A DNA stretch of 64,000 bases. Origin: a virus. The stretch is taken from IMG/VR virus record IMGVR_UViG_3300034071_001262, one strand, 5' to 3'. Below the pieces are notes generated by a model. The model saw only the letters and a program-made list of their open reading frames with translations, ran no database searches and was not told the DNA's origin. Each line of letters begins with the position of its first letter. Positions within the stretch are counted from its first letter, which is position 1. Positions 49,467 through 60,038 of this stretch are shown here, in pieces. Made by a program: the position numbers and the translations under genes.

Positions 49467-50432
49467 TTAGAGATATTCTAATGAGATATATAATCCGTAC
49501 TGCTCTTTGCTTCCGATAGAGAGAGGAGAAGCAGAAAGAGCGACGGCCCATGTATGGTGAGTATCTACACCAGTGCCACCATATGTCTTTGGCCTGTTAG
49601 ATCCTGTAGATCCATCACCAAAACTATTAATAGCACCCAACATTGTTGTTTGATTACTACTATTAGTAACATACTGTGTCCACTTGGGCCAGATCTGACC
49701 CTCTGCACCAGCTACTTGACTTCTTTGTAATAACTTTTGACCACTACCGGGGCTATTAGCTAATGGCACAACAATACCTGTACCACCCACTGTGGTATAA
49801 GAGCCAGCAATGCCAGCAGCGGATAATCTTGAGTCACCATTTACGTTTGTACCAGCTGCGCCATTTCTAAATACTTCACCAGAACTATTGGTGTAGTAGT
49901 TTTGTGAGACAAACTGCGTGGGCCAAGCCTCGCCCCACCAGAAAGCATCACCACTACCAACAACAATAGAAGAACCAGTGCCACCCTGAGTGTTAAATGC
50001 GCTGCCATTATGATTAATAATTTCTGCTACTTTAGTATTTACGCCACTAGCAGGATAATTGATGTTGCTTCTATCATATATGCGAAGCTGAACATTTTGA
50101 GTTTTCACGGCAGATGAATGGCTAAATTCAATACCAAGTGTAGCTTGATAAGACTTAATACCAGATAGACCACATGTGAATTCAGAGCTACCAAACTCAT
50201 CAACGGTTGTCATACCGCTTGGATATACGTTTGGTATATATTTTATATTGTTTGTGGCATTTTTATAGACACTACCATCTGCGTTAGCAACATAGGTATT
50301 GTCTTGATAAGAGCCTATTTGTACAGATGAACCAGCTGATGTGCCATAAAAAGCCAAACCAGATCCACTTAGGGTATAAAGGCTTGGCACCATATTTGCC
50401 CCGCCAATTACTTGAAATCTAATATCTGCCAT
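49467..50432 (-). CDS. Probable virion structural protein
   Basis: G/S/T/N-rich, TAAGGAG RBS, last gene before the terminator. Confidence 0.6.
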   Translation of the reverse strand: MADIRFQVIGGANMVPSLYTLSGSGLAFYGTSAGSSVQIGSYQDNTYVANADGSVYKNATNNIKYIPNVYPSGMTTVDEFGSSEFTCGLSGIKSYQATLGIEFSHSSAVKTQNVQLRIYDRSNINYPASGVNTKVAEIINHNGSAFNTQGGTGSSIVVGSGDAFWWGEAWPTQFVSQNYYTNSSGEVFRNGAAGTNVNGDSRLSAAGIAGSYTTVGGTGIVVPLANSPGSGQKLLQRSQVAGAEGQIWPKWTQYVTNSSNQTTMLGAINSFGDGSTGSNRPKTYGGTGVDTHHTWAVALSASPLSIGSKEQYGLYISLEYL

Positions 50433-50470
50433 GTTTAATAGTCTCCTTAAATGAGATTAATCTAGTATTG

Positions 50471-50479
50471 TATACACAA
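50471..50479 (-). promoter_or_regulatory. Candidate late promoter TTGTGTATA
   Basis: Intergenic, 38 nt upstream of ATG 50432; identical to 11493-11501. Confidence 0.3.
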
Positions 50480-50482
50480 TTT

Positions 50483-50797
50483 TTATTTGATATTTGCATT
50501 TTTTTTAGCTCTTTTTATAGCTAATTTTATGATAATACGTGCTATTATTTCTATAAATGGAAGTCCACGTTTTGTAGCCTCTTCTTTAAGCCATCCTACA
50601 ATTGTATCAATATTTTTTTCACACCAGTTTGTACCAAGATCATCCATGAGTTTAGCTCGATTTAAACAAGAACAATTACCAGTAATTTTAATATAAAAAG
50701 GCCATCTTAAAAGTAGTTTTTTTAATTCTGTGCCGGGAAACTCAAAGACATTTTGTGTTGGTGGAATTAATGGTGGTATCATTGGTGGTGTTGTCAT
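50483..50797 (-). CDS. Small Cys-containing tail-module protein
   Basis: PGTELKKLL...CSC..RA..MD..G..WC; AAGG RBS. Confidence 0.6.
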   Translation of the reverse strand: MTTPPMIPPLIPPTQNVFEFPGTELKKLLLRWPFYIKITGNCSCLNRAKLMDDLGTNWCEKNIDTIVGWLKEEATKRGLPFIEIIARIIIKLAIKRAKKNANIK

Positions 50798-50817
50798 AGA
50801 TACAATACCTTTCTTGA

Positions 50818-51360
50818 TTAAGAAGAAAATGTAGCACTACTATTTAAACTATCACACAAAAATATAGCATTTACCATACCATTTGCATTGTTAGTTGTTT
50901 TATGCGCCCAAACAAAACCTAATAAACTATCAGTTGTATCTTCTGTTATTGTAAGACGAAATCTAGAATTCGTCCCCCTTTGCCCGTCTGCCCTGAATAT
51001 CTCATCAGAATATTGATTATATTCTCCTTGTCTATATGCGCTAGAAGGCCGAGCCAAATCAAGAATCACAGATTCAGCATATCCAACAACAGAATATATA
51101 TGTGATTCACCCCGTTCCATTGCTGAAGATAGCACAATAATTTTCTTTGGTTTTTTCCCATCAAAAGTAAGTGAAACACTAGATGGATCGTTACCTGTTT
51201 GCCATCGCCCTTGCCAAAATCCATTTGGTACTCCATCATAAGTCCCATATCTAATAATAGATCCAGTAATAGAAATTTTTAAACCGGGCCATCCCGAGTT
51301 TTCAGCTCCATTCAAAATATCGATCAATTTACAACCTCCAGTACAACAACAATATATCAT
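50818..51360 (-). CDS. Tail-associated protein with N-terminal CCC motif
   Basis: MIYCCCTGGC; AAGGA RBS. Confidence 0.55.
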   Translation of the reverse strand: MIYCCCTGGCKLIDILNGAENSGWPGLKISITGSIIRYGTYDGVPNGFWQGRWQTGNDPSSVSLTFDGKKPKKIIVLSSAMERGESHIYSVVGYAESVILDLARPSSAYRQGEYNQYSDEIFRADGQRGTNSRFRLTITEDTTDSLLGFVWAHKTTNNANGMVNAIFLCDSLNSSATFSS

Positions 51361-51377
51361 TAGTTTCCTTTTATTTA

Positions 51378-54300
51378 TTAATATGGTGTGTTAGATGTAT
51401 TACTATCATCACAATCTGGTATAGCCGCTATTAAATAGTAAGTATTACCAATTTTTACATATATGGCACTTCCTTGCGAAACATTAGTCCAAGGATTTAA
51501 AACAATATCTATAGTGCCTTTACTGCTTGGTGGCCCACCACCGACTCTTGTTACACTTTTATTTTGTCCTTTTGCCCACTTACCCGAAAAATTACCTATA
51601 TAAATACTATCATATTGTTGTACAGAAATAATATAGTATTGATTACCAATCTTTGTAAAGGCACAGACTTGATTGCTAGCACCGGGTTCTCCTATTTCGT
51701 CATAAATAAGATTTATTGCTTGCACTTCGGAGTCTTCTGGATTTGGCTGTGGATGGGTTTGAGTAACTGTTACACTATTGCCCTTTTTCCATGAACTATT
51801 GAAAGTACCAAATCTAGTAGATGGTTCATTATCGGCAGATATTAAATAATACTCATCATCTATTTTTGTAAAACTACACCAATGCTGTTTAGTACCATCA
51901 ATGCCTACTTCATTAAAAATTTTATTTAGCACAGTATAATCTGGTCCATCATCGCCCGGCTCTGGATATACCTGTGTTACTTCCTTTTCTTCATTTATTC
52001 TCCATTTGTCACCAAAATATCCTATTCTTAATTCAGAACCAGTTTCTTCTGCTGCGACTAATAAATATTTATCTGATTCACCTTGACCCAAATCATCTCC
52101 ATGAGCGGGGGCTAGTCTAACAAAATGACAATAATTTGGTGTATTATTTCCAGAGGAACCAAGTTTTTCATAGATCAAATTTTCAACATTGAATTCGGTA
52201 TTTCCACCGATCTGTCTAGGAGTGGTAACTGTAACTGTTTTAAATTCATTTTTTTTCCACTCACCAGTGAATGTGCCAAAATAATTTTCATTTCTTGGCT
52301 GTATAGAAATAAGATCATATCTATCATCTATTTTAGTAAAACAACAATAATTACGAACACCACCAAATTCTCCAGCCCTATCAAAAACTCCATTTCTAAC
52401 TTCTACTGGTTGTTGATCTTGTGGATCTGGTTGTGGATATAATTGAAAAACTGCTAATGTTTGCCCACGTTTAGCTTCCCCTGTAAAATAACCAAAAAAT
52501 ATTTGATTAGTTTGTTGTTCAACAGAAACTAAATAATAAGTATCTTCTATTTTAGTAAATGAACATGTAGTTTGTTGGTTATTTGGTTTATGGATATCTG
52601 ATTCATAGAGTAGATTTCTAACGGTTACCTCTTCCTTGCCTTCTTCTGGATCTGGCTTAGTTTGTCTTACTGTTTTATCTTCATTTAATTTCCACTTACC
52701 ACTAAAGTAGCCAAAAAATAATGGCGATGATTCTTCTTCTGCTGCTACTAATAAATATCGATCCGGTTCAGTAAGTCCAAGATTGCTTCCGTATGCTGGT
52801 GCTAATTTTATGAAATAACAATATCTAGGTTTATCATCTTGTGACGATCCTATTGTGGTATAAATAAGATTTTCTACTTCATATGTATCATTTGCAGCGT
52901 CCGGTCTTGGTACAACAACTTTAACAGATTTTTTTTCCGTTTTTTTCCACTCTCCGGTAAATGTACCAAAGTAATGTTGATTACGCTGCTGTATAGATAT
53001 TAACTCATACTTATCACCTATTTTAGTATATGAGCAATAATTTTTGATTCCATCTACTTCACCTGCGCGATCAAAAAGATTATTTTCAACAGTAACAGAT
53101 CCATCCTCTGGATCTGGCTCTGGATATAACTGAAAGACTTCTAATGGCACACCACGTTTAGCATCGTTAGTAAAATAACCAATATACATTTCGGGTTGCT
53201 GTTCAACTGATACTAAATAATATTCATCTTCTATCTTTGTAAAGGAACATGTTGTTTGTTCGTTTTCGGGTTTGTGTATATCCTTTTCAAAAAGTATATT
53301 TTTTACTTCTACTTCTTCTTTGCCCGGTTCTGGCTCTGGCTTGGTTTGTCTAACAGTTTTGGTATCGTTTAATTCCCATTTACCACTAAAATATCCATAA
53401 AGCACTTCAGACGCTTTTTGTTCTACGGAAATAAGATAATATCTTTCTTGTTCTGGAACATATATAAAAGAACAAGTGGTACGTTCTTCTTTTACTCCAA
53501 CGCTCTCAAATAAGTTATTATATACTTGAACTTCTTCTTTACCCTGTTCTGGTTCTGGAATTGTTTGTCTAACAGTTTTTAAATCCAGCTTTTTCCAATC
53601 ATCATCAAAATATCCAAAATAAACCACAAATTTACTTGTGGCCCATAGAAGCACCCACTCATAGTTAATTCTTGCACAAATTACAAATATTTTTTCTTCT
53701 TCTATTTCTTTATCTGATATGGTTAGTTCAAAATTTTTATCTCTATTTATACATTGAATTTCTTCTCCTAAGTCGCTAGTAAGTTGACCATTAATCCTTC
53801 TTAGAACTTTTACTTTAAATGTGGTGCCTGCTAATACACCATTAGGAGGTCTAATTCTTTGTTGTAATACACCATATACTAATTGATATCCACCGGTCCA
53901 TATTTGTCTTTCATCATCCCACATTACGTGTAATGGTCCTGTTTTCCATGATGATCTTTGATTAACAAGGCTAGGATTAAAATCTGTACCATTAGTCGTG
54001 GGAACGGGCATACCGGCAATATCATATCCCCATCCAGAAAGAATTAATGGAGATCTTAGCCCCTGTGTCTTAATTTGACTTATTGAAGATCTATTTGAAT
54101 TTTTTTTGATATTGAAATCAACCGATGGAGCATGAACAACTAAATTATAGTCACAATTAGCTATAAAATTACTACCATTATCACCAAATATAACCGGAAA
54201 ATAAGGATTTAGTTCTAATATAGTTGGACCAACTGACTCATTATTAAACATTCCTTTTTCGAAACTTGGAGTTAGTGGTTGTGCAAAACCGGGACCGGGA

Positions 54301-54431
54301 GCAGAACTACCTTTGATAATATTGATTGGAGTAAATATCTGCTCCATAGAGCATCCAGCAGAATATTCTAAATTTTGAGCCATTACATATGACCCAGCTT
54401 TTGCTGTTGATGAATTAATCTCTATTGGCAT
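51378..54431 (-). CDS. Tail/baseplate protein with ten tandem ~70-84-aa repeats
   Basis: Repeat unit G.F.G.W....K.V.Q..P......V.N..F.......C.F.KI...Y.L.S. Confidence 0.7.
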   Translation of the reverse strand: MPIEINSSTAKAGSYVMAQNLEYSAGCSMEQIFTPINIIKGSSAPGPGFAQPLTPSFEKGMFNNESVGPTILELNPYFPVIFGDNGSNFIANCDYNLVVHAPSVDFNIKKNSNRSSISQIKTQGLRSPLILSGWGYDIAGMPVPTTNGTDFNPSLVNQRSSWKTGPLHVMWDDERQIWTGGYQLVYGVLQQRIRPPNGVLAGTTFKVKVLRRINGQLTSDLGEEIQCINRDKNFELTISDKEIEEEKIFVICARINYEWVLLWATSKFVVYFGYFDDDWKKLDLKTVRQTIPEPEQGKEEVQVYNNLFESVGVKEERTTCSFIYVPEQERYYLISVEQKASEVLYGYFSGKWELNDTKTVRQTKPEPEPGKEEVEVKNILFEKDIHKPENEQTTCSFTKIEDEYYLVSVEQQPEMYIGYFTNDAKRGVPLEVFQLYPEPDPEDGSVTVENNLFDRAGEVDGIKNYCSYTKIGDKYELISIQQRNQHYFGTFTGEWKKTEKKSVKVVVPRPDAANDTYEVENLIYTTIGSSQDDKPRYCYFIKLAPAYGSNLGLTEPDRYLLVAAEEESSPLFFGYFSGKWKLNEDKTVRQTKPDPEEGKEEVTVRNLLYESDIHKPNNQQTTCSFTKIEDTYYLVSVEQQTNQIFFGYFTGEAKRGQTLAVFQLYPQPDPQDQQPVEVRNGVFDRAGEFGGVRNYCCFTKIDDRYDLISIQPRNENYFGTFTGEWKKNEFKTVTVTTPRQIGGNTEFNVENLIYEKLGSSGNNTPNYCHFVRLAPAHGDDLGQGESDKYLLVAAEETGSELRIGYFGDKWRINEEKEVTQVYPEPGDDGPDYTVLNKIFNEVGIDGTKQHWCSFTKIDDEYYLISADNEPSTRFGTFNSSWKKGNSVTVTQTHPQPNPEDSEVQAINLIYDEIGEPGASNQVCAFTKIGNQYYIISVQQYDSIYIGNFSGKWAKGQNKSVTRVGGGPPSSKGTIDIVLNPWTNVSQGSAIYVKIGNTYYLIAAIPDCDDSNTSNTPY
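51400..53630 (-). repeat. Coding tandem repeat array (10 units; three-unit duplication with 684-nt period)
   Basis: The GYFSGKW motifs of repeats 2 and 5 start at 53396 and 52712. Confidence 0.8.
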
Positions 54432-56773
54432 TATATTCCTCCAAGCGTTTCATTCATGTAGCTGTGAATCATAACTGGAGATTCTGATTGTGCATTATCT
54501 CTGTTCTTAAAAGAATCCCCCAGTTCTGATTTTTCAAACTTTATTTTAGGTAATGGTCTTTTTTCTATTTGTGATCTATTGCGCTGAGATAAAGCTAAAT
54601 TACCCTTATATATTTTAGCAATTCTATCAATATTTGCACTAGAAATTCTACCAAATTGACTAGTCCAACTACTGAATTTATATGTCACAGTTTCTCCACC
54701 GGGATCGGCCTTAATATCTATGCCAGAAATATATGCACTACCAGCTATTTGATCTGCAAGATTAAAAGTTGGCCGACCAACCACTTGCACACTACCAGTT
54801 TCTAATGGTACTGCTTGACTTGTTCCAGTTGTGGCTTTAGCAAAACCAACTAAATCCAAAGTATCGTAACCACCAAATGTTTCTGGTTTTAATGACTCAT
54901 CCATTACTATTTCCGACTTGCCCACTGCTCCACCTTCCCAAGCCCACCACGGACCCCAAGAATAAATATTACTTTGTTGTGGTATGCCAATTAAAGTTGG
55001 ATGCGCCATAGCTGGAGGAATAGACATATGTAAGTTGTTTCCTCCAGATGTCAAATATGAGTTTGGATTTAGCCATACCCCAAAAAATTTATATACTAAT
55101 ACTCCTATACCAAAATCAGCAGTAGTTAATCCATCATAATATGGCACTTGAGCGCCAGACTTGACTATAACATATGGATATCCACCAATATAATATAATT
55201 CTTTTTCTGGCCCACCTTTTGTAGTAGCTATACCACCATCAAGAGATGATGCCCATTCTCCACCAAAACCGCTATAATCATATAAAGAATTTTGAGGCCA
55301 TTCAGATACGCCCCTTAATCTTCCTTCTCCATCATAAAAAGCAATATCATTATATGGCACATCTGGATGAAAAGCGCTATCAACTATATCCCAAGCGGCT
55401 TCATACTGTATATCATCCTGTATATATCTAATTTGTTGATCTAATCTTAAGGGCATAAGAAACATTTGACCATAAAAATTACTTGCTACTTTGCTAACAG
55501 CAGCAAATATTAAATCAGATTGTTCTTGTAAATCTCTAAGTAATCTTTTTTGGGTCGAAGATAAACTTGTTGGTTCAGCGTCAGAAGAAACAAATCGATT
55601 GCCTCTCATTAAGTTAACTATTTGGGCTGTGACTTCTGCCTTACCTATCCAAGGAGCAGATGAAACGGTGTTGTACCCATTGCGCTCTCTGCCGGAGATA
55701 GTTTCAAACATTTTGAATGTTTCCCAAGTCTCTTTGCCCCCTGTAGCCATTCTCAATTCAAATAAAGTTGCCATATAACCAGCCTCTCCACTGTATTCAT
55801 CTAATGCTATTGGTATTGGAAAATCTGGATTACCATAGGCTGTTGGAGTAGTGACACCGGGAGTATATATATATTGTCCATTAGACAACTTTCCCCATAA
55901 TGGTATACTATTATACATATCATGTGGCACCCATCTAGAAACTGGGCCACCTATTACTAACTTCTGTGTAACTGGTAGTGCAAATTCTTCACCTACATCA
56001 CCAGACACAAGATTGGTGGCGTTTAAAACTAAGTCTGCTACTTCGCCACGACCAGAACTAGTAGATCTATTAATAGTTCTAAGACGGATTTGTGGCTTAG
56101 AAATCACATTATTGGCACCAGTTCCAAGTAATTCTACAAAATAATCTAAACCGGCCGCTTCACAGCACTCAGTTATAATAGATGCTAAACTTTGTACTGG
56201 CCCTTTTATTCTATAGTTTACACCATCAAATGCACTTATTATTTGAGATATATCTAATCCATAAGAATAAGATCCAAATACTGCTTTATTCCTATTCATT
56301 AATTCTTGCAAAGTAGTTAACAAGCTATATGCTGGAAATCCAGAACTATTAACATAAGAATTACCAAATCCATTTCTAGACTCTACTTCACCATAAACAT
56401 TGTATACGTTGCGTATTTGATCAGTAAATAATTTACCATCTTCTGGTGCATATCTATTATTGGCCCCAACTACTCGGCCATTAAAGTCATCTAATATTAC
56501 TTGAATACCATCTAGTAATTTTGCTGGAGACTCTATAATAACATCATAAAAACGACCAGAAATACTGCCTCTATATGTATATCTTTGAAATATTCCTCCA
56601 AAATAAAATGCACCATGTTGTATAAATACAGGTGTTCCCACTTCAGGTAAAGAAATAAAAATATGATTATCTGGATCTTCTACTACTGTCATTTGACATG
56701 AACCACCCTCGCCGCCCCAAGCGACTGAAGAGCTTATCTCGCTAACTAATGCACCAAACATTGTTATAGCCAT
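54431..56773 (-). CDS. Putative tail/baseplate hub-like protein
   Basis: N-terminal FGA.VS.ISSS..WG..G.C..TVVED...FYFGGI pattern typical of hub/tail proteins; structural module context. Confidence 0.5.
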   Translation of the reverse strand: MAITMFGALVSEISSSVAWGGEGGSCQMTVVEDPDNHIFISLPEVGTPVFIQHGAFYFGGIFQRYTYRGSISGRFYDVIIESPAKLLDGIQVILDDFNGRVVGANNRYAPEDGKLFTDQIRNVYNVYGEVESRNGFGNSYVNSSGFPAYSLLTTLQELMNRNKAVFGSYSYGLDISQIISAFDGVNYRIKGPVQSLASIITECCEAAGLDYFVELLGTGANNVISKPQIRLRTINRSTSSGRGEVADLVLNATNLVSGDVGEEFALPVTQKLVIGGPVSRWVPHDMYNSIPLWGKLSNGQYIYTPGVTTPTAYGNPDFPIPIALDEYSGEAGYMATLFELRMATGGKETWETFKMFETISGRERNGYNTVSSAPWIGKAEVTAQIVNLMRGNRFVSSDAEPTSLSSTQKRLLRDLQEQSDLIFAAVSKVASNFYGQMFLMPLRLDQQIRYIQDDIQYEAAWDIVDSAFHPDVPYNDIAFYDGEGRLRGVSEWPQNSLYDYSGFGGEWASSLDGGIATTKGGPEKELYYIGGYPYVIVKSGAQVPYYDGLTTADFGIGVLVYKFFGVWLNPNSYLTSGGNNLHMSIPPAMAHPTLIGIPQQSNIYSWGPWWAWEGGAVGKSEIVMDESLKPETFGGYDTLDLVGFAKATTGTSQAVPLETGSVQVVGRPTFNLADQIAGSAYISGIDIKADPGGETVTYKFSSWTSQFGRISSANIDRIAKIYKGNLALSQRNRSQIEKRPLPKIKFEKSELGDSFKNRDNAQSESPVMIHSYMNETLGGI

Positions 56774-56774
56774 A

Positions 56775-58364
56775 TTAACTTGTCCATTCTATATTTATAC
56801 TGTATGCTCCAGTTATTGGATTAAATGATTCAGAATTTGTAGAAATTAATCCAACACCACTTAAAAAACCTTTCACTGCTAATCTTCCATTTGCAAGAGT
56901 TCTTTTATTCGGTTTTAATATTATATCTATAGTCACATTTTTTTTCATCTCTTTACCGGTAGTAAATGTTTGAATAACTGGACCATTTGGTCTACCAATA
57001 ATTGGTATAATCGCCACTGGTTTTGCTTCTCCGTATGGATTGTCATATGTTTCTGTAATATTTTCAGATTGAACATAGTCTGGATCACATAAAAATTTAT
57101 CAGCAATATATGTAACAGACCAAGTAATAGTTCCATTGTTTCTATTATGACTTACACTAGTTTGTTGTTTATTATTTTTTACCTCATAAGCACTTGGTAT
57201 TAGATTGCCACTTATTCCACTATTATCGTAAGCAGATTGTGCCAAGTTAAATGCCTTACTCATATTTTTATTAATAATATTTTTCGCATTTAAATATGCA
57301 TTATTTTTTTTCTCAGTAATATTGTATGTATTTAATCCAGTAATTTCTCCACTAACTTCTATAGTTGGAGCATTTGAATTTTGATTAAAATCCACACTAG
57401 ATTGAAACGACTGTAAGCATGTACTACTATCTAATGCTAATATCCAAGTGTCTGTAACTGTACATGAGCCATTTGGTATATCTGTATTAGAATTTCTAGA
57501 ATGATTGAATGTTCTATATCTTTGTTGATTGTTTAAATCTGGTACAATTTTTTCTGAACTACCTTCAGAATTCATTTTAATTGGTTGAAATTTTATATCA
57601 TCATTTTCTATTGTGATCGAATTAATATGTTCATCAATTTTAGTATCTGTTTCTATTATATTTAAAATTCTCTTTTCGATCCAGTTTGATGCACTCCTCC
57701 AAGAATCTTTGGATAAAATGCCATTAACATATTTTTTAATTCCTGTAGCAGATAATGTTCTAGATATTGTATATGTTTTACATGCTTGATTTGATATATC
57801 ATCGTATTCATAAGAGAATTGACCTTCATTAAGATCAAATGTCCATGATTCACCGACGCTTGACAATGAGTCTGTTGGCAAAGCATGGTCATTAAAATTA
57901 TATGCCTCAAATGTAAAAGAATATTCTGTATAATGCAAACCAGAAGATTCTTCTGTCGCTTCTGGAATTTCTATATTGGTTAGTCTAGCATCATGAAATT
58001 GTAAAACATTATCAGTACCATCATATAATTCAATATCTAATGTACCCAATCCAGACATAGGCCATTTACTTCTATTAGATTGTAACTTAATTACTTGTTC
58101 GCCTATAATCTTTGATTGTCTGCCTCCCTTTACTAATATATCTGTAGCATCACTGGGTTTCATAGTGGCATATCCAGTGATATTAATGGTGTATTTTGAA
58201 TTCAAATATGATCCATCATCGGCAAAAATATCTTCTCTCGATATTGAATATGATGGAAATGGACCATATCCGCCAACCTCCATAGCACTAAAACTGGAAT
58301 CTTTACCGCCTATCACTAATTCTTCATTAATATCTGGATGATGTGAATAAAATTTAATTGCCAT
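56775..58364 (-). CDS. Putative tail structural protein (paralog of 58374-60035)
   Basis: Shares GP.P.YSISRED.F..DG.Y.N.K..INITG.AT and ES.NP.TGAY with its neighbour. Confidence 0.6.
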   Translation of the reverse strand: MAIKFYSHHPDINEELVIGGKDSSFSAMEVGGYGPFPSYSISREDIFADDGSYLNSKYTINITGYATMKPSDATDILVKGGRQSKIIGEQVIKLQSNRSKWPMSGLGTLDIELYDGTDNVLQFHDARLTNIEIPEATEESSGLHYTEYSFTFEAYNFNDHALPTDSLSSVGESWTFDLNEGQFSYEYDDISNQACKTYTISRTLSATGIKKYVNGILSKDSWRSASNWIEKRILNIIETDTKIDEHINSITIENDDIKFQPIKMNSEGSSEKIVPDLNNQQRYRTFNHSRNSNTDIPNGSCTVTDTWILALDSSTCLQSFQSSVDFNQNSNAPTIEVSGEITGLNTYNITEKKNNAYLNAKNIINKNMSKAFNLAQSAYDNSGISGNLIPSAYEVKNNKQQTSVSHNRNNGTITWSVTYIADKFLCDPDYVQSENITETYDNPYGEAKPVAIIPIIGRPNGPVIQTFTTGKEMKKNVTIDIILKPNKRTLANGRLAVKGFLSGVGLISTNSESFNPITGAYSINIEWTS

Positions 58365-58373
58365 CTTGTATTC

Positions 58374-60035
58374 CTAAATATAGGTTTTTTCCAGTGTAAA
58401 ATTATATGCACCAGTTTTTGGATTCCAAGATTCTGTAGATGCTGTTATCGTTGGAGGACTATTGCTAAGTTGTGTAATTGATGGCTCATCATACGCTGTT
58501 CTACCATCTGGTTTGTTTGCCCTGCTATTAAAATCCATTACTAAATCAACAGACACACTCCATTTGCGTTCTATGGTTGTATTTGGATTATAGATAAATG
58601 GACCGCCACTTACAATTTGTATCACGGATGGTGAATCATGATAACGCTCCCCCGCATCTCCTCCCCAATCATTTTGAAACGTAAATTGTACATTTTTAGA
58701 AATTGCACCAGTAATTGTTTCAGCATCACTAAATGATAAATTCCAACTAATTACTCCATTAACTTTATCATGAGTAACTTGAAAAGATATTGGCTGAGTT
58801 TGTAATGTGCCTGTTTGAGTGCCAGCTGCATTAAAATCCCCATATTTCTCTTCTAGAAATTGACCAACCTTGCTTTGAAGAATATTTCCAATTTGATCTG
58901 CAAGTATAGAATTATATTCTGATAGTGCATTATCATACTTATCACTATTTTGTATATTAGTGCTAGCAACCTCACTAAGACCAACAATAGTTCCATTGGC
59001 ATTAACAGTTACATTAATATCATCAATAGAATTATCTATACTGACACTAATATCAGAAATAGCTTTAATATTATCTAAGGATACTAACCAAGTATCAGTA
59101 ACAGAATAAGAACCAGCACCTATATCACTACTAACAGATCTGATATGATTTCTAGCTTTATATCCGCTTAAATCAAAAAAGGATGTATTATTGTTTTCAT
59201 TCATATAGAATGCATTAAATTGATTTATTATTGCATCTGATTTATTATTATCAAATATATCTCTAGTAATTGTTTTGTTTGGATCTAGATCGTTGGTTAA
59301 TGTTCTATCTAGTCTTTCTTTTACCCATAAAACAGCTTGACGCCAAGCATATCCATTATTTTTATCTAGATCATTACCATCATATTTTGTAACACCAACA
59401 GCGCTCAAAGTATGAGTTAGCGTGTAAGTTGTATGCTGGTCATCTCCAATAAAATTTCTACCAAAAAATGCTACTTCACTACTATTTGGAGATAATTCCC
59501 AAGTTTCTTCTGCCGATGTTAAACAGTATTCTGATTTAGCTGGCGATACCGGTGCATTAGAAGCACTTGATTGACTAGCATCTTCATATGCTTCAAAAAC
59601 AAAATTATATTCTAGATATTGTGTGCCAGCACTTTCCTCATTTTGAACTGGTAATTCTATTGAAATTATTTTGGCATCATTAAAAATTAGACCACCAGAT
59701 AAACCACCATATGGAGTAATTTGTAGTTTGCCATATCCCATCATTGGTGAATTCTTATTTGACAATAACAATTTTACCGCTTCACCAGCTAAACTAGCTT
59801 GACGCGATCCTTTGGTTTGTAAATCTGACTTGCTATAAGATGCTAATGTGGCTGTTCCGGTAATATTGATATTGAATTTTGTATTCATATATGTTCCATC
59901 ACCAGTGAATAAATCTTCACGGGATATGGAATATTGTGGCATTGGGCCAATTACACCAGTTGATGCACCACCTAAAGCGGATTGTCCACCTATCAATATT
60001 GTTTGATTTGTATCATGCGATATAAATGTAATCAT
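58374..60035 (-). CDS. Putative tail structural protein (paralog of 56775-58364)
   Basis: Same shared motifs as the neighbouring paralog. Confidence 0.6.
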   Translation of the reverse strand: MITFISHDTNQTILIGGQSALGGASTGVIGPMPQYSISREDLFTGDGTYMNTKFNINITGTATLASYSKSDLQTKGSRQASLAGEAVKLLLSNKNSPMMGYGKLQITPYGGLSGGLIFNDAKIISIELPVQNEESAGTQYLEYNFVFEAYEDASQSSASNAPVSPAKSEYCLTSAEETWELSPNSSEVAFFGRNFIGDDQHTTYTLTHTLSAVGVTKYDGNDLDKNNGYAWRQAVLWVKERLDRTLTNDLDPNKTITRDIFDNNKSDAIINQFNAFYMNENNNTSFFDLSGYKARNHIRSVSSDIGAGSYSVTDTWLVSLDNIKAISDISVSIDNSIDDINVTVNANGTIVGLSEVASTNIQNSDKYDNALSEYNSILADQIGNILQSKVGQFLEEKYGDFNAAGTQTGTLQTQPISFQVTHDKVNGVISWNLSFSDAETITGAISKNVQFTFQNDWGGDAGERYHDSPSVIQIVSGGPFIYNPNTTIERKWSVSVDLVMDFNSRANKPDGRTAYDEPSITQLSNSPPTITASTESWNPKTGAYNFTLEKTYI

Positions 60036-60038
60036 ATA

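Noticed and set aside
51400-53630. Diversity-generating retroelement template/variable repeat pair
   Set aside because: The repeats are in-frame protein domains diverged at all base types, not adenine-specific; no reverse transcriptase in the window.
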